A stretch of DNA of 64,000 nucleotides from an uncultured Candidatus Saccharibacteria bacterium (GTDB taxonomy: Bacteria; Patescibacteriota; Minisyncoccia; Phycocordibacterales; UBA3531): positions 10,508-74,507 of the forward strand of contig CAYIAA010000004.1 of NCBI GenBank assembly GCA_964361405.1, in the 5' to 3' direction. Under the pieces are notes generated by a model. That model was not told where the DNA came from, searched no databases, and worked only from the letters and a program-made list of their open reading frames with translations. The translations under genes were made by a program, and so were the position numbers. Positions within the stretch are counted from its first letter, which is position 1. Each line of letters begins with the position of its first letter. Positions 20,994 through 29,764 of the stretch are shown here, piece by piece.

Positions 20994-21962
20994 ATGGGGC
21001 GTGTTAAAGTTGCCGTGGTTCGTGGCGGAACAAGCTCAGAGTATGACGTTTCGCTCAAATCAGGAGGACATATTCTCCGAAATCTTCCGCATCGCTACCA
21101 TCCACAGGACATTCTGATTGCACGGGATGGTACTTGGCACATGGGCGGTGTGCCCATCCACCCAGAAATGCTTGCACAGAAGAGTGATGTTGTCTTTAAT
21201 GCACTCCACGGTTCTTACGGGGAGGACGGAAAAGTACAGCAGATTTTTGAAAGTCTTGGTCTCCCGTATACCGGTTCAGGTGTCGTCGCGAGCGCGCTTG
21301 GGATGAATAAGATACTTGCGCGAGAGGCTTTCTCTAAGCACGAGTTCAAGTTGCCGCGCGCAGATACGGTTTTTTCTTATGAATCAGCCGAAGACGGAGC
21401 GCATCGAGTATTTCGCTCGATGTCGCCACCGTGGATTGTGAAACCATCATCGGCGGGGTCGTCCATTGGGGTAGGGTTTGCCCGCTCTCTCCTCGAGCTC
21501 GGAGAGGCAATACGTGAAGCACGGAAGCATAGTGAGAAGGTGTTGATTGAGGAGTTTATTGGTGGACGGGAGGCGACAGTGTGTGTTGTTGGCGCCTTCG
21601 AGGGAGGCCGCATTCACGCGCTTCCGCCGATTGAAATACGAAAACCTGTTGGGCGCCCGGTCTTTGATTTTGAGTTGAAGTATGGAGGTGAGATGGAAGA
21701 AGTGTGTCCAGGAGATTTTGATTTCTCGACACGCCTTCTCCTTGAAACCCTCGCAATCGGGGCGCATGAGTCAATCGGCGCGCGTCATTATTCGCGCTCT
21801 GACTTCATCGTCTCGCCCAAGCGGGGCATCTATCTTCTTGAAATCAATACGCTCCCCGGACTTACGGAGGAGTCGCTACTTCCCAAAGCGCTTGCCGCAA
21901 TAGACTGCCCCTTCGGTGATTTTCTTGACCATGTTCTCACACTTGCCCTTCAAGGAAAGTGA
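20994..21962 (+). CDS. ddl: D-alanine--D-alanine ligase
   Basis: 'GG.SSEYDVSLKSG', 'HGSYGEDG', 'GSSIG', 'EINTLPG'. Confidence 0.93.
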   Translation: MGRVKVAVVRGGTSSEYDVSLKSGGHILRNLPHRYHPQDILIARDGTWHMGGVPIHPEMLAQKSDVVFNALHGSYGEDGKVQQIFESLGLPYTGSGVVASALGMNKILAREAFSKHEFKLPRADTVFSYESAEDGAHRVFRSMSPPWIVKPSSAGSSIGVGFARSLLELGEAIREARKHSEKVLIEEFIGGREATVCVVGAFEGGRIHALPPIEIRKPVGRPVFDFELKYGGEMEEVCPGDFDFSTRLLLETLAIGAHESIGARHYSRSDFIVSPKRGIYLLEINTLPGLTEESLLPKALAAIDCPFGDFLDHVLTLALQGK

Positions 21963-21983
21963 GGTATAGTGTTTGGGCCCTTA

Positions 21984-22283
21984 GCCCCTCACTTGGGATG
22001 GTCATGATATGTATTATGTATATGTACTGCAAAGCAAGAAGGATAGAAGTTTATACATTGGCTATACAAACGATCTGAAAAGGCGGTTTGAGGAACACAA
22101 TAAGAAATTAAGCAGATCAACAAAATTCAAAACGCCTTTTCAGCTCGTGTATTACGAAGCATATCAATCACGAGCCGATGCGCGATATCGTGAAGATAAT
22201 CTCAAACGATATTCTGGTGCGTATACGCATCTGCGACGCAGGATTAAGAACAGTGTCGCAGATGACCATCCCAAGTGAGGGGC
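21984..22283. mobile_element. GIY-YIG cassette bounded by a perfect 22-bp inverted repeat at the tRNA-Ala 5' end
   Basis: GCCCCTCACTTGGGATGGTCAT (21984-22005) is the exact reverse complement of 22262-22283; tRNA-5'-like GGGCCCTTAGC at 21975-85. Confidence 0.55.
22009..22278 (+). CDS. Small stand-alone GIY-YIG nuclease
   Basis: 'YYVYVL...LYIGYT.DL.RRF.EHN', 'LVYYEAY...A..RE..LK'. Confidence 0.9.
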   Translation: MYYVYVLQSKKDRSLYIGYTNDLKRRFEEHNKKLSRSTKFKTPFQLVYYEAYQSRADARYREDNLKRYSGAYTHLRRRIKNSVADDHPK

Positions 22284-22355
22284 CGTTAGCTTAGTTGGTA
22301 GAGCGCCACATTTGCAATGTGGAGGTCGCCGGTTCGAATCCGGCACGGTCCACCA
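22280..22355 (+). tRNA. tRNA-Ala(TGC)
   Basis: Full cloverleaf, G3:U70, anticodon arm CCACA-TTTGCAA-TGTGG, TTCGAAT T-loop, encoded CCA. Confidence 0.96.
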
Positions 22356-22437
22356 AACGAAACATTGTCGGAATTAAGAATATGGAGCGATTTTGCGGGA
22401 GGAAAAGGATTTGCTTTGCCCCGTCCGAATTGAAGCC

Positions 22438-22618
22438 CCGCCACACTGCCCGAATACTTGGAGGGCAGAACCCCGAAAGAAAAACACCCTTTCCTTTTTC
22501 AAAAGAAATTTCACCCCCGCCAAATCAGAAATGCAAGGAGTGTTTTTTCTTTCGGGGTTGCCGAGGCTCTGCGAGGCGGTGGCGGAACGATTCATTCTCG
22601 CTCAAAAAAAGTTCGAGC
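22438..22618. other. Multi-stem structured element downstream of tRNA-Ala
   Basis: Stems 22438-44/22579-85, 22446-51/22463-68 and 22469-87/22540-59. Confidence 0.45.
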
Positions 22619-22706
22619 AAATGCTATAATAACATCACCAAATTAAACTTTCATCAGTCGTTAACTGGGGGATTGTCTAACATAGAAAAAGTGCTAAAAT
22701 ATTTCT

Positions 22707-23108
22707 ATGCGAACACTACTGAAAAATAAAACATCTTTCTACGGCATAGCCATAGCAGTGTTTCTCACTGTTAGTGTTTTCAGTTCCACGATGATGCCCG
22801 GAATGTCCCACGATGAGATGGGCGGTATAGGCAATTGCCCTTTTCAGATTGGCGGGACCATTCTTTGCGAAATGAACGTCCTTGACCACCTCGCCTTGTG
22901 GAAAGCGATGTTCGCGTCCCTTTCTCCGCAAATAACTATTGCCGCGCTTCTTCTTTCCGCATTGCTTGCGCGGGCAATTTTCAGGCATCTCTTTGCCTCG
23001 CTAGACACCCACGGGCGACAACCTCTTTTCGCATACTTACATGACACCCACATTCCGTCTTTTCACCTGCTTCCATTCGGAAGCGCAATAAGTCCGCGCG
23101 CTCCTTAG
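22707..23108 (+). CDS. Small membrane protein with Met/His/Cys patch and C-terminal SPRAP
   Basis: TM, 'MMPGMSHDEMGG..CPF.....LC', TM, ends '...ISPRAP'. Confidence 0.65.
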   Translation: MRTLLKNKTSFYGIAIAVFLTVSVFSSTMMPGMSHDEMGGIGNCPFQIGGTILCEMNVLDHLALWKAMFASLSPQITIAALLLSALLARAIFRHLFASLDTHGRQPLFAYLHDTHIPSFHLLPFGSAISPRAP

Positions 23109-23212
23109 TTTGTTGCTCTCGGCTCTTATTACTCACTAGCTAGAAACAAACCAAACTGGCGAAATTGAAACGATGAAGCAGTGACGCAAAGAATGGTTTA
23201 ACCAGTAATCCT

Positions 23213-24112
23213 ATGCAGAGAAATTATGTCATCACAGGAGGGGTTGTCATACTCCTTCTGGGTGTTCTGTTCTTCCTCAGTTTTGACAACAAACCAAACA
23301 AAAACGAGACGGCAGACAACCTCACGCCGGTATCCTCGTTCAGCCATTCGCATGGCATCGCAGTTGACGTAGCCGACCCAAAAAAGGTTTACATCGCAAC
23401 GCACGAAGGTCTCTACTTGCTCTCCGAAGACAAAGACCTCTACCAAATCGGTAAGACGCGGGACGACCTAATGGGTTTCATTCCGCACCCGACAGAAGCA
23501 GACACGTTCTTCAGTAGCGGACACCCATCACGGGGCGGTAACATTGGTTTCCAAAAAACAACCGATGACGGCATAACGTGGGAACGCGTATCAGACGGGC
23601 TAGGCGGTCGCGTTGACTTCCACGCAATGACCGTGAGCCAAGCAAATCCAAACATTATCTACGGCTTCTTTGGGGATAAACTTCAAAGGAGTATTGACGA
23701 GGGTCGCTCGTGGGAATATGCCAAAGGTATAGTTGCCCCCATTTCATTATCGTCCGACTTGAAAGACGAGAATGTAGTGTATGCCTCAACACAAAATGGA
23801 TTACAGGTGAGCAGGGATAAGGGCGATACGTGGCAGAGCGTATCGCCGCAATTGGAAAGCGGAGCGGTGAGTGTTTTTGCTCTTGACCCGACCTCTGTGT
23901 ATGCACTCACATTCTCCGAAAAACTCGGTGGAATGGGAAAAAGTGTTGATGGAGGCGTGACTTGGCAAAAATTAGACGAAACATTTGGAAGTGAAGTAGT
24001 ACTCTATGTTGCGTTTAGTAAATCGCAATCTGGCTTGGTCTACTCGCTGACTAACGCAAATGGTGTCTACAAAAGCACAGATAACGGAGGTACTTGGACA
24101 AAAGTACGATAA
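23213..24112 (+). CDS. BNR/Asp-box beta-propeller exported protein (F510_1955-like)
   Basis: 'HSHGIAVD', 'DLMGF', 'SGHP', 'VDFHAM', five S/T-x-D-x-G-x-T/S-W boxes. Confidence 0.8.
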   Translation: MQRNYVITGGVVILLLGVLFFLSFDNKPNKNETADNLTPVSSFSHSHGIAVDVADPKKVYIATHEGLYLLSEDKDLYQIGKTRDDLMGFIPHPTEADTFFSSGHPSRGGNIGFQKTTDDGITWERVSDGLGGRVDFHAMTVSQANPNIIYGFFGDKLQRSIDEGRSWEYAKGIVAPISLSSDLKDENVVYASTQNGLQVSRDKGDTWQSVSPQLESGAVSVFALDPTSVYALTFSEKLGGMGKSVDGGVTWQKLDETFGSEVVLYVAFSKSQSGLVYSLTNANGVYKSTDNGGTWTKVR

Positions 24113-24131
24113 AACTCCTCTGGCTGAAGGC

Positions 24132-24160
24132 AAAACACCCCGATAATAAAGGGGTGTTTT
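24132..24160 (+). terminator. Intrinsic terminator
   Basis: AAAACACCCC-loop-GGGGTGTTTT just after the 24112 stop. Confidence 0.65.
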
Positions 24161-24313
24161 ATTATGCAGAAGGATGCCTTTGCATAACAGCAGAGACGTG
24201 CCTTGCTTTTTTTGACCGACAACCCCATCATCGTAAATCATCAAAACGCAGGATACAGCGCAGGAGTTTCTTCGCTTTGCTTTTCAGTAATCTTTTCAGT
24301 ATACTGCTGCCAT

Positions 24314-24466
24314 ATGGATATGAATGTTGAAGGTCGCTGTATGAAGTGCAAGACCCAGCGCGCGATGAAGGAAGCGAAGGAAGTGAAAATGAAGACAGGC
24401 ATGCGCGCGGCAAAGGGGACTTGTTCCGTGTGCGGCACCGGAATGTACAAAATTCTCGGGAAATAA
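24314..24466 (+). CDS. DUF5679-like small zinc-ribbon protein
   Basis: CMKCK...KGTCSVCGTGMYKI; TATACT 8 nt upstream. Confidence 0.8.
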   Translation: MDMNVEGRCMKCKTQRAMKEAKEVKMKTGMRAAKGTCSVCGTGMYKILGK

Positions 24467-24601
24467 CCCCGGGACAATCTTTCTTTCTAGCTCTCTCTTG
24501 TGGTGTAAGGTTTTGCACACCGTATTTCTAGTTTCTTGCGGTATAATTTGGAGTGTTGAGTATACACACCTTCTTTTTTAGTTTAGAGGGTTATACGCAC
24601 A

Positions 24602-26431
24602 TTGCAATTAGAGCAGGGGAACAACTATCGTCTTAAACACAACTATTCCCAGCGAACCGCTGGGGGTTTTAGTTTGGTTGAAATAGTGATTGGCGTTTTT
24701 CTCTTCGCGGTGCTTGGCACGGGAATCTATCAGGGTTATGCACAAGTGGCCGAAGTTGCTCGTCTTTCACGTCTCAAGGTTACGGCTTCAGCGCTTGCGA
24801 ACGAACAGTTTGAGATTATTCGTAATCTTCCGTACGCGGATGTTGGTATTTCCGGTGGTATTCCGTCGGGCGTTCTCACAGCCAATAAAACGGTTGTGCG
24901 AGATAGTGTATCTTTTAACGTCGTCACTACGGTCAGGAACGTTGACGATCCATTTGACGGAACGATTGGTGGCAATCCAAATGATCTCTCGCCGGCGGAC
25001 TACAAGCTCGCGGAAGTTGTTATCACTTGTCCTACATGCAAGCAATTCTCGACGATGTCGTTCTCGACCAATGTCGCTCCCAAAGATCTCGAGAGCGCTT
25101 CGACGAACGGTGCGCTTTTCATTCAAGTACTTGACGCGAACGGTCAGCCCCTCCCAGGCGCGAATGTCCATATAGAAAACAATGCGGAAATTCCGCCTAT
25201 CGTCATTGACGATACGACGAATGTCGATGGACTCCTCACCATCGTTGACGCGCCTCCGGGGATCGAAGCGTATGAAATCACGGTGACAAAGCCAGGATAC
25301 TCCGAAGAGCAAACCTATCCCACTGGCGCTCCGGGGAATCCAAATCCATCAAAGTCCCATGCGACTGTGCTTCTCCAGCAGGTAACGCAGGTGACGTTCT
25401 CGATCGATAGGACGAGCGCGTTTGAGATCTCGAGCGTACGGGATACTTGCAGTGCCGTGGGCAGTATTGATTTCACACTCGCTGGTACCAGAGTGATCGG
25501 CACGAATCCTGATATCTTGAAATATGACCAGGATCATATAACGAGTGCCGGTGGCGCGAAGTCAGTTACCGGTCTTGAGTGGGATACTTATGGAATTGCA
25601 CTCATCGATGGAGCATATGATCTCATCGGCACTATTCCGCTCATTCCACTCGGATTGAGCCCGAATACGACACAGAATTTCAAACTCATTGTGGCGCCAA
25701 AAGATCCGCAAAGTTTATTGGTGACCGTAAAGGATGCTGCGACGCTCTTGCCACTCTCCGGAGCCAGTGTGCGATTTGAAGGACCGGGCTATGACGAAAC
25801 GCTTCTCACCGGCCGTGGTTTTCTTCGGCAGACCGATTGGTCTGGTGGAGGAGGACAAACGGATTTCCTTGACCCGACTCGTTACTTTTCATCCGACGGA
25901 AATATCGAAGATGCCGGTCCAGTAGGTGAACTCCGACTCCAGAGTGTTTTAGACGAGTACGCCGCGGCGGGGAATCTTACGTCATCGTCCTTTGACACAG
26001 GGTCGGCAAGTAATTTTTATGACATTGGCTGGCAACCGGAAGACCAGCCGCCGGAAACAGGCGTGAACGTAGTGCGGTTCCAGATTGCGACGAACAATGA
26101 CAATGCGACGTGGAGTTTTCTTGGGCCTGATGGAACGGGGGGCACCTATTACACGCTTGCGGACCAAAACATAAATGGGGTCCATAACGGCGACCGGTAT
26201 CTTCGATACAAAGCATTTCTTGAGACTGCAAGCACAACACTCACTCCTAACGTTTCCGACATTGCCGCGACCTTTACATCATTGTGTGTTCCTCCCGGGC
26301 AAGTGGCTTTCAGTGGTCTGGCATCGGCGGGATACACGCTCACTATTTCAAAAGTGGGCTATCAACCGTGGAGCGATATCGTTAATATTGCCACTCCCTG
26401 GCAGGAAATCACTGTCACTTTGGCTCCATGA
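24602..26431 (+). CDS. Large type IV pilin-like protein with carboxypeptidase-regulatory-like domains
   Basis: Prepilin motif G|FSLVE, 'V.DANGQPLPGANV', 'VTKPGY'; start codon uncertain. Confidence 0.8.
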   Translation: MQLEQGNNYRLKHNYSQRTAGGFSLVEIVIGVFLFAVLGTGIYQGYAQVAEVARLSRLKVTASALANEQFEIIRNLPYADVGISGGIPSGVLTANKTVVRDSVSFNVVTTVRNVDDPFDGTIGGNPNDLSPADYKLAEVVITCPTCKQFSTMSFSTNVAPKDLESASTNGALFIQVLDANGQPLPGANVHIENNAEIPPIVIDDTTNVDGLLTIVDAPPGIEAYEITVTKPGYSEEQTYPTGAPGNPNPSKSHATVLLQQVTQVTFSIDRTSAFEISSVRDTCSAVGSIDFTLAGTRVIGTNPDILKYDQDHITSAGGAKSVTGLEWDTYGIALIDGAYDLIGTIPLIPLGLSPNTTQNFKLIVAPKDPQSLLVTVKDAATLLPLSGASVRFEGPGYDETLLTGRGFLRQTDWSGGGGQTDFLDPTRYFSSDGNIEDAGPVGELRLQSVLDEYAAAGNLTSSSFDTGSASNFYDIGWQPEDQPPETGVNVVRFQIATNNDNATWSFLGPDGTGGTYYTLADQNINGVHNGDRYLRYKAFLETASTTLTPNVSDIAATFTSLCVPPGQVAFSGLASAGYTLTISKVGYQPWSDIVNIATPWQEITVTLAP

Positions 26432-27060
26432 AATACATAAACGGGGATAAGGGAAAGCGGGCAAGGGAATACGGTTTTTCTATTATCGAAGTAGTCATCG
26501 GTGTTTTTATTCTGGGACTCATCGCTATCTCCCTCGGAACTCTCCAGGCAGATATTTTTTCACTGCACACGATATTTTCCAATAATTTAGTAGCCCAACA
26601 AGAAGTACGACAAGCGTTTAAGACAATGATTCAAGAAGTGCGGCCTGCTTCTCCGTCGAGTACGGGTGCATACCCGATTGCGGCGGCCTCTGCCACATCA
26701 TTTACATTTTACAGTGACATTGACGATGACAATCTACGAGAGCGCATTCGTTACTACCTCGATGTTGGTGTTCTCAAGCGGGGAGTACTCGAACCGACCG
26801 GTGTTCCACTTGTCTATAATCCGGCAAATGAAATCGTGACTACGCTCGTAAAGGATGTTATCGCAACGACCACGCCACTCTTCAGCTACTATGATACGAA
26901 CTACAACGGCACGTCGGACCCTCTTCCGGAACCGGTCAATATTCTCGCCGTGCGTCTTCTTAAAATTTCTGTGACGGTTGACCATAACCCGGCGCGGCCG
27001 CCTTCGGCGACGACAGCCACAACCCAGGTCTCGATGCGGAACCTGAAGGACAATCTCTAA
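26428..27060 (+). CDS. Minor type IV pilin (PilW/PulJ-like)
   Basis: G|FSIIE prepilin motif; ATGA overlap with the upstream gene. Confidence 0.8.
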   Translation: MKYINGDKGKRAREYGFSIIEVVIGVFILGLIAISLGTLQADIFSLHTIFSNNLVAQQEVRQAFKTMIQEVRPASPSSTGAYPIAAASATSFTFYSDIDDDNLRERIRYYLDVGVLKRGVLEPTGVPLVYNPANEIVTTLVKDVIATTTPLFSYYDTNYNGTSDPLPEPVNILAVRLLKISVTVDHNPARPPSATTATTQVSMRNLKDNL

Positions 27061-27070
27061 AAATATAAAA

Positions 27071-28492
27071 ATGAACCACGAGACAGTAAGGGGGCAAATT
27101 CTTATCCAGGTCGTCATCTATGGAGCGATAGCTGCACTCTTTATCGGAGCGCTTGTCTTGTGGGCAGGAATTAATATTCGCGCATCGCGCCAGGCATACT
27201 ACCGCGAAGAGGCAATCCAAATAGCCGAAGCGGGCATTGATTACTATCGCTGGCATTTAGCACATGCACCAGCGGACTATCAGGACGGAACCGGAGTTCC
27301 CGGGCCGTATGTACATGACTTTCGAGATAAGGATGGAAACATAATCGGGCAGTTCACGCTTGAAATCACCCCGCCCATGATTGGATCAACAATCGTGAGA
27401 ATTAAATCAACCGGCGAGACAGATGCGGCCCAAGGCGTTACGCGGAGTATCGAGACACGTCTCGCAAAGCCGTCATTTGCAAAATACGCATGGGTTTTGA
27501 ACAGTTTCGTTTTCTTCGGGTCGGCGGCGGAGGTATTCGGCCCCATACATTCAAATGACGGTCTCCGTTTTGACGGTCTTGCGCATAACATTGTGACCTC
27601 CGCGAGAGATCAGTTTGACGACCCAGATCACTCCGGCGGAAATGAATTCGGCGTTCATACGCACGATTCGCCAACTGACCCTCTGCCACCCGCGGCAGTT
27701 CCATCACGACCGGATGTTTTTGAGGTTGGGCGGCAGTTCCCGGTTCCGGCGACTGACTTCGCCGGAATTACGGCCGACTTAGCCGAGATAAAGGCAGACG
27801 CGCAAGCAAGTGGGTACTATTTCGCCGCTTCCGGTGCGCTCGGGTACCACATTGTGCTTAGAACTGATGACACATTCGACCTCTACCGGGTGAATGCACT
27901 CGTCCCTCCGCCGAGTGGATGTTCGAATAGCACGACCGGCTGGGGAACATGGAGTATTCAAACACTTGGTGAGACTCTTCTTCAAAACTATCCATTTCCG
28001 GCGAATGGATTGGTATTCGTCGAAGACCATGTGTGGGTGAGCGGGCAGATCAATTCGGGACGGATCACGATTGCTTCGGGGCGATTCCCCGATAATCCCG
28101 CGACGCGAACGAACGTTATCGTTAATAACAACCTTCTTTATACGAACTATGATGGGCAGGACGCGGTGGCTCTCATCGCGCAAGGGAATTTTAATGTCGG
28201 ACTCCGGAGCGAAAACGATCTCCGTATTGACGCCGCGATTATTGCGCAGAACGGCCGCGTCGGACGATTCAGTTATTCAAGTTCAAGTTGCGGGGTTGAA
28301 CGCTCGCGCGCCCAACTTACCGCGTACGGGATGCTTGGCTCTTTCGGGCGGCCGGCATTCGCCTACAGCAGTTCGAACGGTTACCAGGCGCGCACCTATA
28401 TTTATGACGCGAATCTGCTCTACGGCCCCCCGCCATCATTCCCGCTCACGTCGGATCAGTACCAGATTCTATCGTGGGATGAAGTGAGGTGA
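27071..28492 (+). CDS. PilX-like minor pilin
   Basis: G|QILI without Glu5, 'AIQIAEAGI', C-terminal 'YDANL...PP.FP'. Confidence 0.75.
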   Translation: MNHETVRGQILIQVVIYGAIAALFIGALVLWAGINIRASRQAYYREEAIQIAEAGIDYYRWHLAHAPADYQDGTGVPGPYVHDFRDKDGNIIGQFTLEITPPMIGSTIVRIKSTGETDAAQGVTRSIETRLAKPSFAKYAWVLNSFVFFGSAAEVFGPIHSNDGLRFDGLAHNIVTSARDQFDDPDHSGGNEFGVHTHDSPTDPLPPAAVPSRPDVFEVGRQFPVPATDFAGITADLAEIKADAQASGYYFAASGALGYHIVLRTDDTFDLYRVNALVPPPSGCSNSTTGWGTWSIQTLGETLLQNYPFPANGLVFVEDHVWVSGQINSGRITIASGRFPDNPATRTNVIVNNNLLYTNYDGQDAVALIAQGNFNVGLRSENDLRIDAAIIAQNGRVGRFSYSSSSCGVERSRAQLTAYGMLGSFGRPAFAYSSSNGYQARTYIYDANLLYGPPPSFPLTSDQYQILSWDEVR

Positions 28493-28496
28493 TTTC

Positions 28497-29051
28497 TCAC
28501 GAGCATTTTTTCGATTCCATCAGGAAGTAGGAGGGGAAATTTAAGGGAATGAAGGAAATGTCCACATTACCGAATACCTCTTTGAGGGTTTTTGCCATTG
28601 TAGTCGAGTATTGATACACGATGAAAGAGCCGCCGGGAGTGAGCGCTTTACGTGTGTTTTCCACGATACTGCGGCGGAGACGTTTTTTGATGAAACTGAA
28701 GGGAATACTTGAAAACACGTACTGAACTTCCGTGATACCGAGCTCTGCGAGGATTTCCGGCAGATGTTGAGCGAAGTCATGAGCGATGGTAAGACGCGGG
28801 TCATTGATTGACGTGAGTTTTCCCACAAAATATGGATTTGATTCGATCGCGATCAATTTTGAACGAGGGGTCATTCGCTCCAGTATTTCTTTCGTTACTA
28901 CGCCATCGCCAGCACCGTACTCGACGACGGTTACGTCGCGCGAGAAATCAGCCGCGTCGCAGACTCTCGCTACCGCGAACTTTGAACTTTTTGTGATTGC
29001 GCCGACGCGGTAATCTTTAAGAAAAGTTTTAAAGTAGGTGAGTGTGGACAC
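28497..29051 (-). CDS. SAM-dependent methyltransferase (PmtA-like phospholipid N-methyltransferase family)
   Basis: 'VGAITKSS', 'VEYGAGDG', 'SSIPF', 'PGG.F..YQY'. Confidence 0.75.
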   Translation of the reverse strand: MSTLTYFKTFLKDYRVGAITKSSKFAVARVCDAADFSRDVTVVEYGAGDGVVTKEILERMTPRSKLIAIESNPYFVGKLTSINDPRLTIAHDFAQHLPEILAELGITEVQYVFSSIPFSFIKKRLRRSIVENTRKALTPGGSFIVYQYSTTMAKTLKEVFGNVDISFIPLNFPSYFLMESKKCS

Positions 29052-29179
29052 GTTCGATAGTATACAAATAATACGTACTCCATGGAATCAAAACGGGAGA
29101 AAACCGTGTATAACTTAACCCCGCTTGTGCGGCTATTTCTTTTCTTGTATCGTGACTGCGGATGAAGCGCGATGATTTT

Positions 29180-29253
29180 GAGTCCGTAGCTCAGTTGGTT
29201 AGAGCACTGTCCTCACACGGCAGGGGTCGGTGGTTCGAATCCACCCGGGCTCA
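29180..29253 (+). tRNA. tRNA-Val(CAC)
   Basis: Cloverleaf; anticodon arm CTGTC-CTCACAC-GGCAG; CCA not encoded. Confidence 0.93.
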
Positions 29254-29283
29254 CAGTAACTAGATGGATTCGAACCCGAGGAG

Positions 29284-29550
29284 ATCGTCTCCTCTATCGG
29301 GCACAGGTGTAACGGTAACATGCACGGTTTGGGGTTCCCTTTTGTGTCGGGGCATGGTGTAACGGTAACATGCACGGTTCGGGATCGTGTGACTCCGGGT
29401 TCGAATCCCGGTGCCCCGACACAAAAGGGAACCCAATGTCTGGGGGACATTGGAGGAAGTTTACAGAAATAAACTTGTTTGACTCCGGGTTCCCTGGCCG
29501 ACTGCGTCAGCGGACTAGGCGAATCCCGGTGCCCCGATAGAGGAGACGAT
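29284..29550 (+). repeat. Split degenerate tRNA-Pro copy with nested inverted repeats surrounding the intact tRNA-Pro
   Basis: 5' half 29298-333, 3' half 29480-537; IRs 29284-301/29533-550 (18 bp) and 29332-347/29419-434 (16 bp). Confidence 0.8.
29348..29419 (+). tRNA. tRNA-Pro(CGG)
   Basis: CGGGGCA/TGCCCCG acceptor, anticodon arm CACGG-TTCGGGA-TCGTG, TTCGAAT T-loop. Confidence 0.92.
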
Positions 29551-29570
29551 TACTAATAGAGAGTTTGAAA

Positions 29571-29644
29571 GGGCCCGTAGTTCAGTGGTAAAACGCTCGA
29601 TTCGCATTCGAGAGGCGGGAGTCCGATTCTCCCCGGGTCCACCA
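29571..29644 (+). tRNA. tRNA-Ala(CGC)
   Basis: G3:U70, CTCGA-TTCGCAT-TCGAG, encoded CCA; T-loop reads TCCGATT. Confidence 0.9.
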
Positions 29645-29667
29645 TTTCAGATTTGTCGAAGAAGTTG

Positions 29668-29695
29668 CCCCTGCCTGCCGGTAGGCAGGCAGGGG
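29668..29695. repeat. Short palindrome, CCTGCCTGCCGGTAGGCAGG family
   Basis: Related copies at 32726-748, 57745-766 and 61913-935. Confidence 0.65.
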
Positions 29696-29764
29696 TTTCA
29701 CGCCACCGCAGAGAACGATTTTGGCCGGGTTGAGATGGTTGGATTTGCTATACTATTCTGAATA

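Noticed and set aside
21975-22290. GIY-YIG cassette as a tRNA intron
   Set aside because: The downstream tRNA is already complete; joining the upstream 5' fragment would create a C:C mismatch in the acceptor stem; no group I core seen
22295-22729. ORFs across tRNA-Ala and the structured element, also 34165-34933 and 29199-29450
   Set aside because: They overlap tRNAs or repeats and translate to implausible sequence
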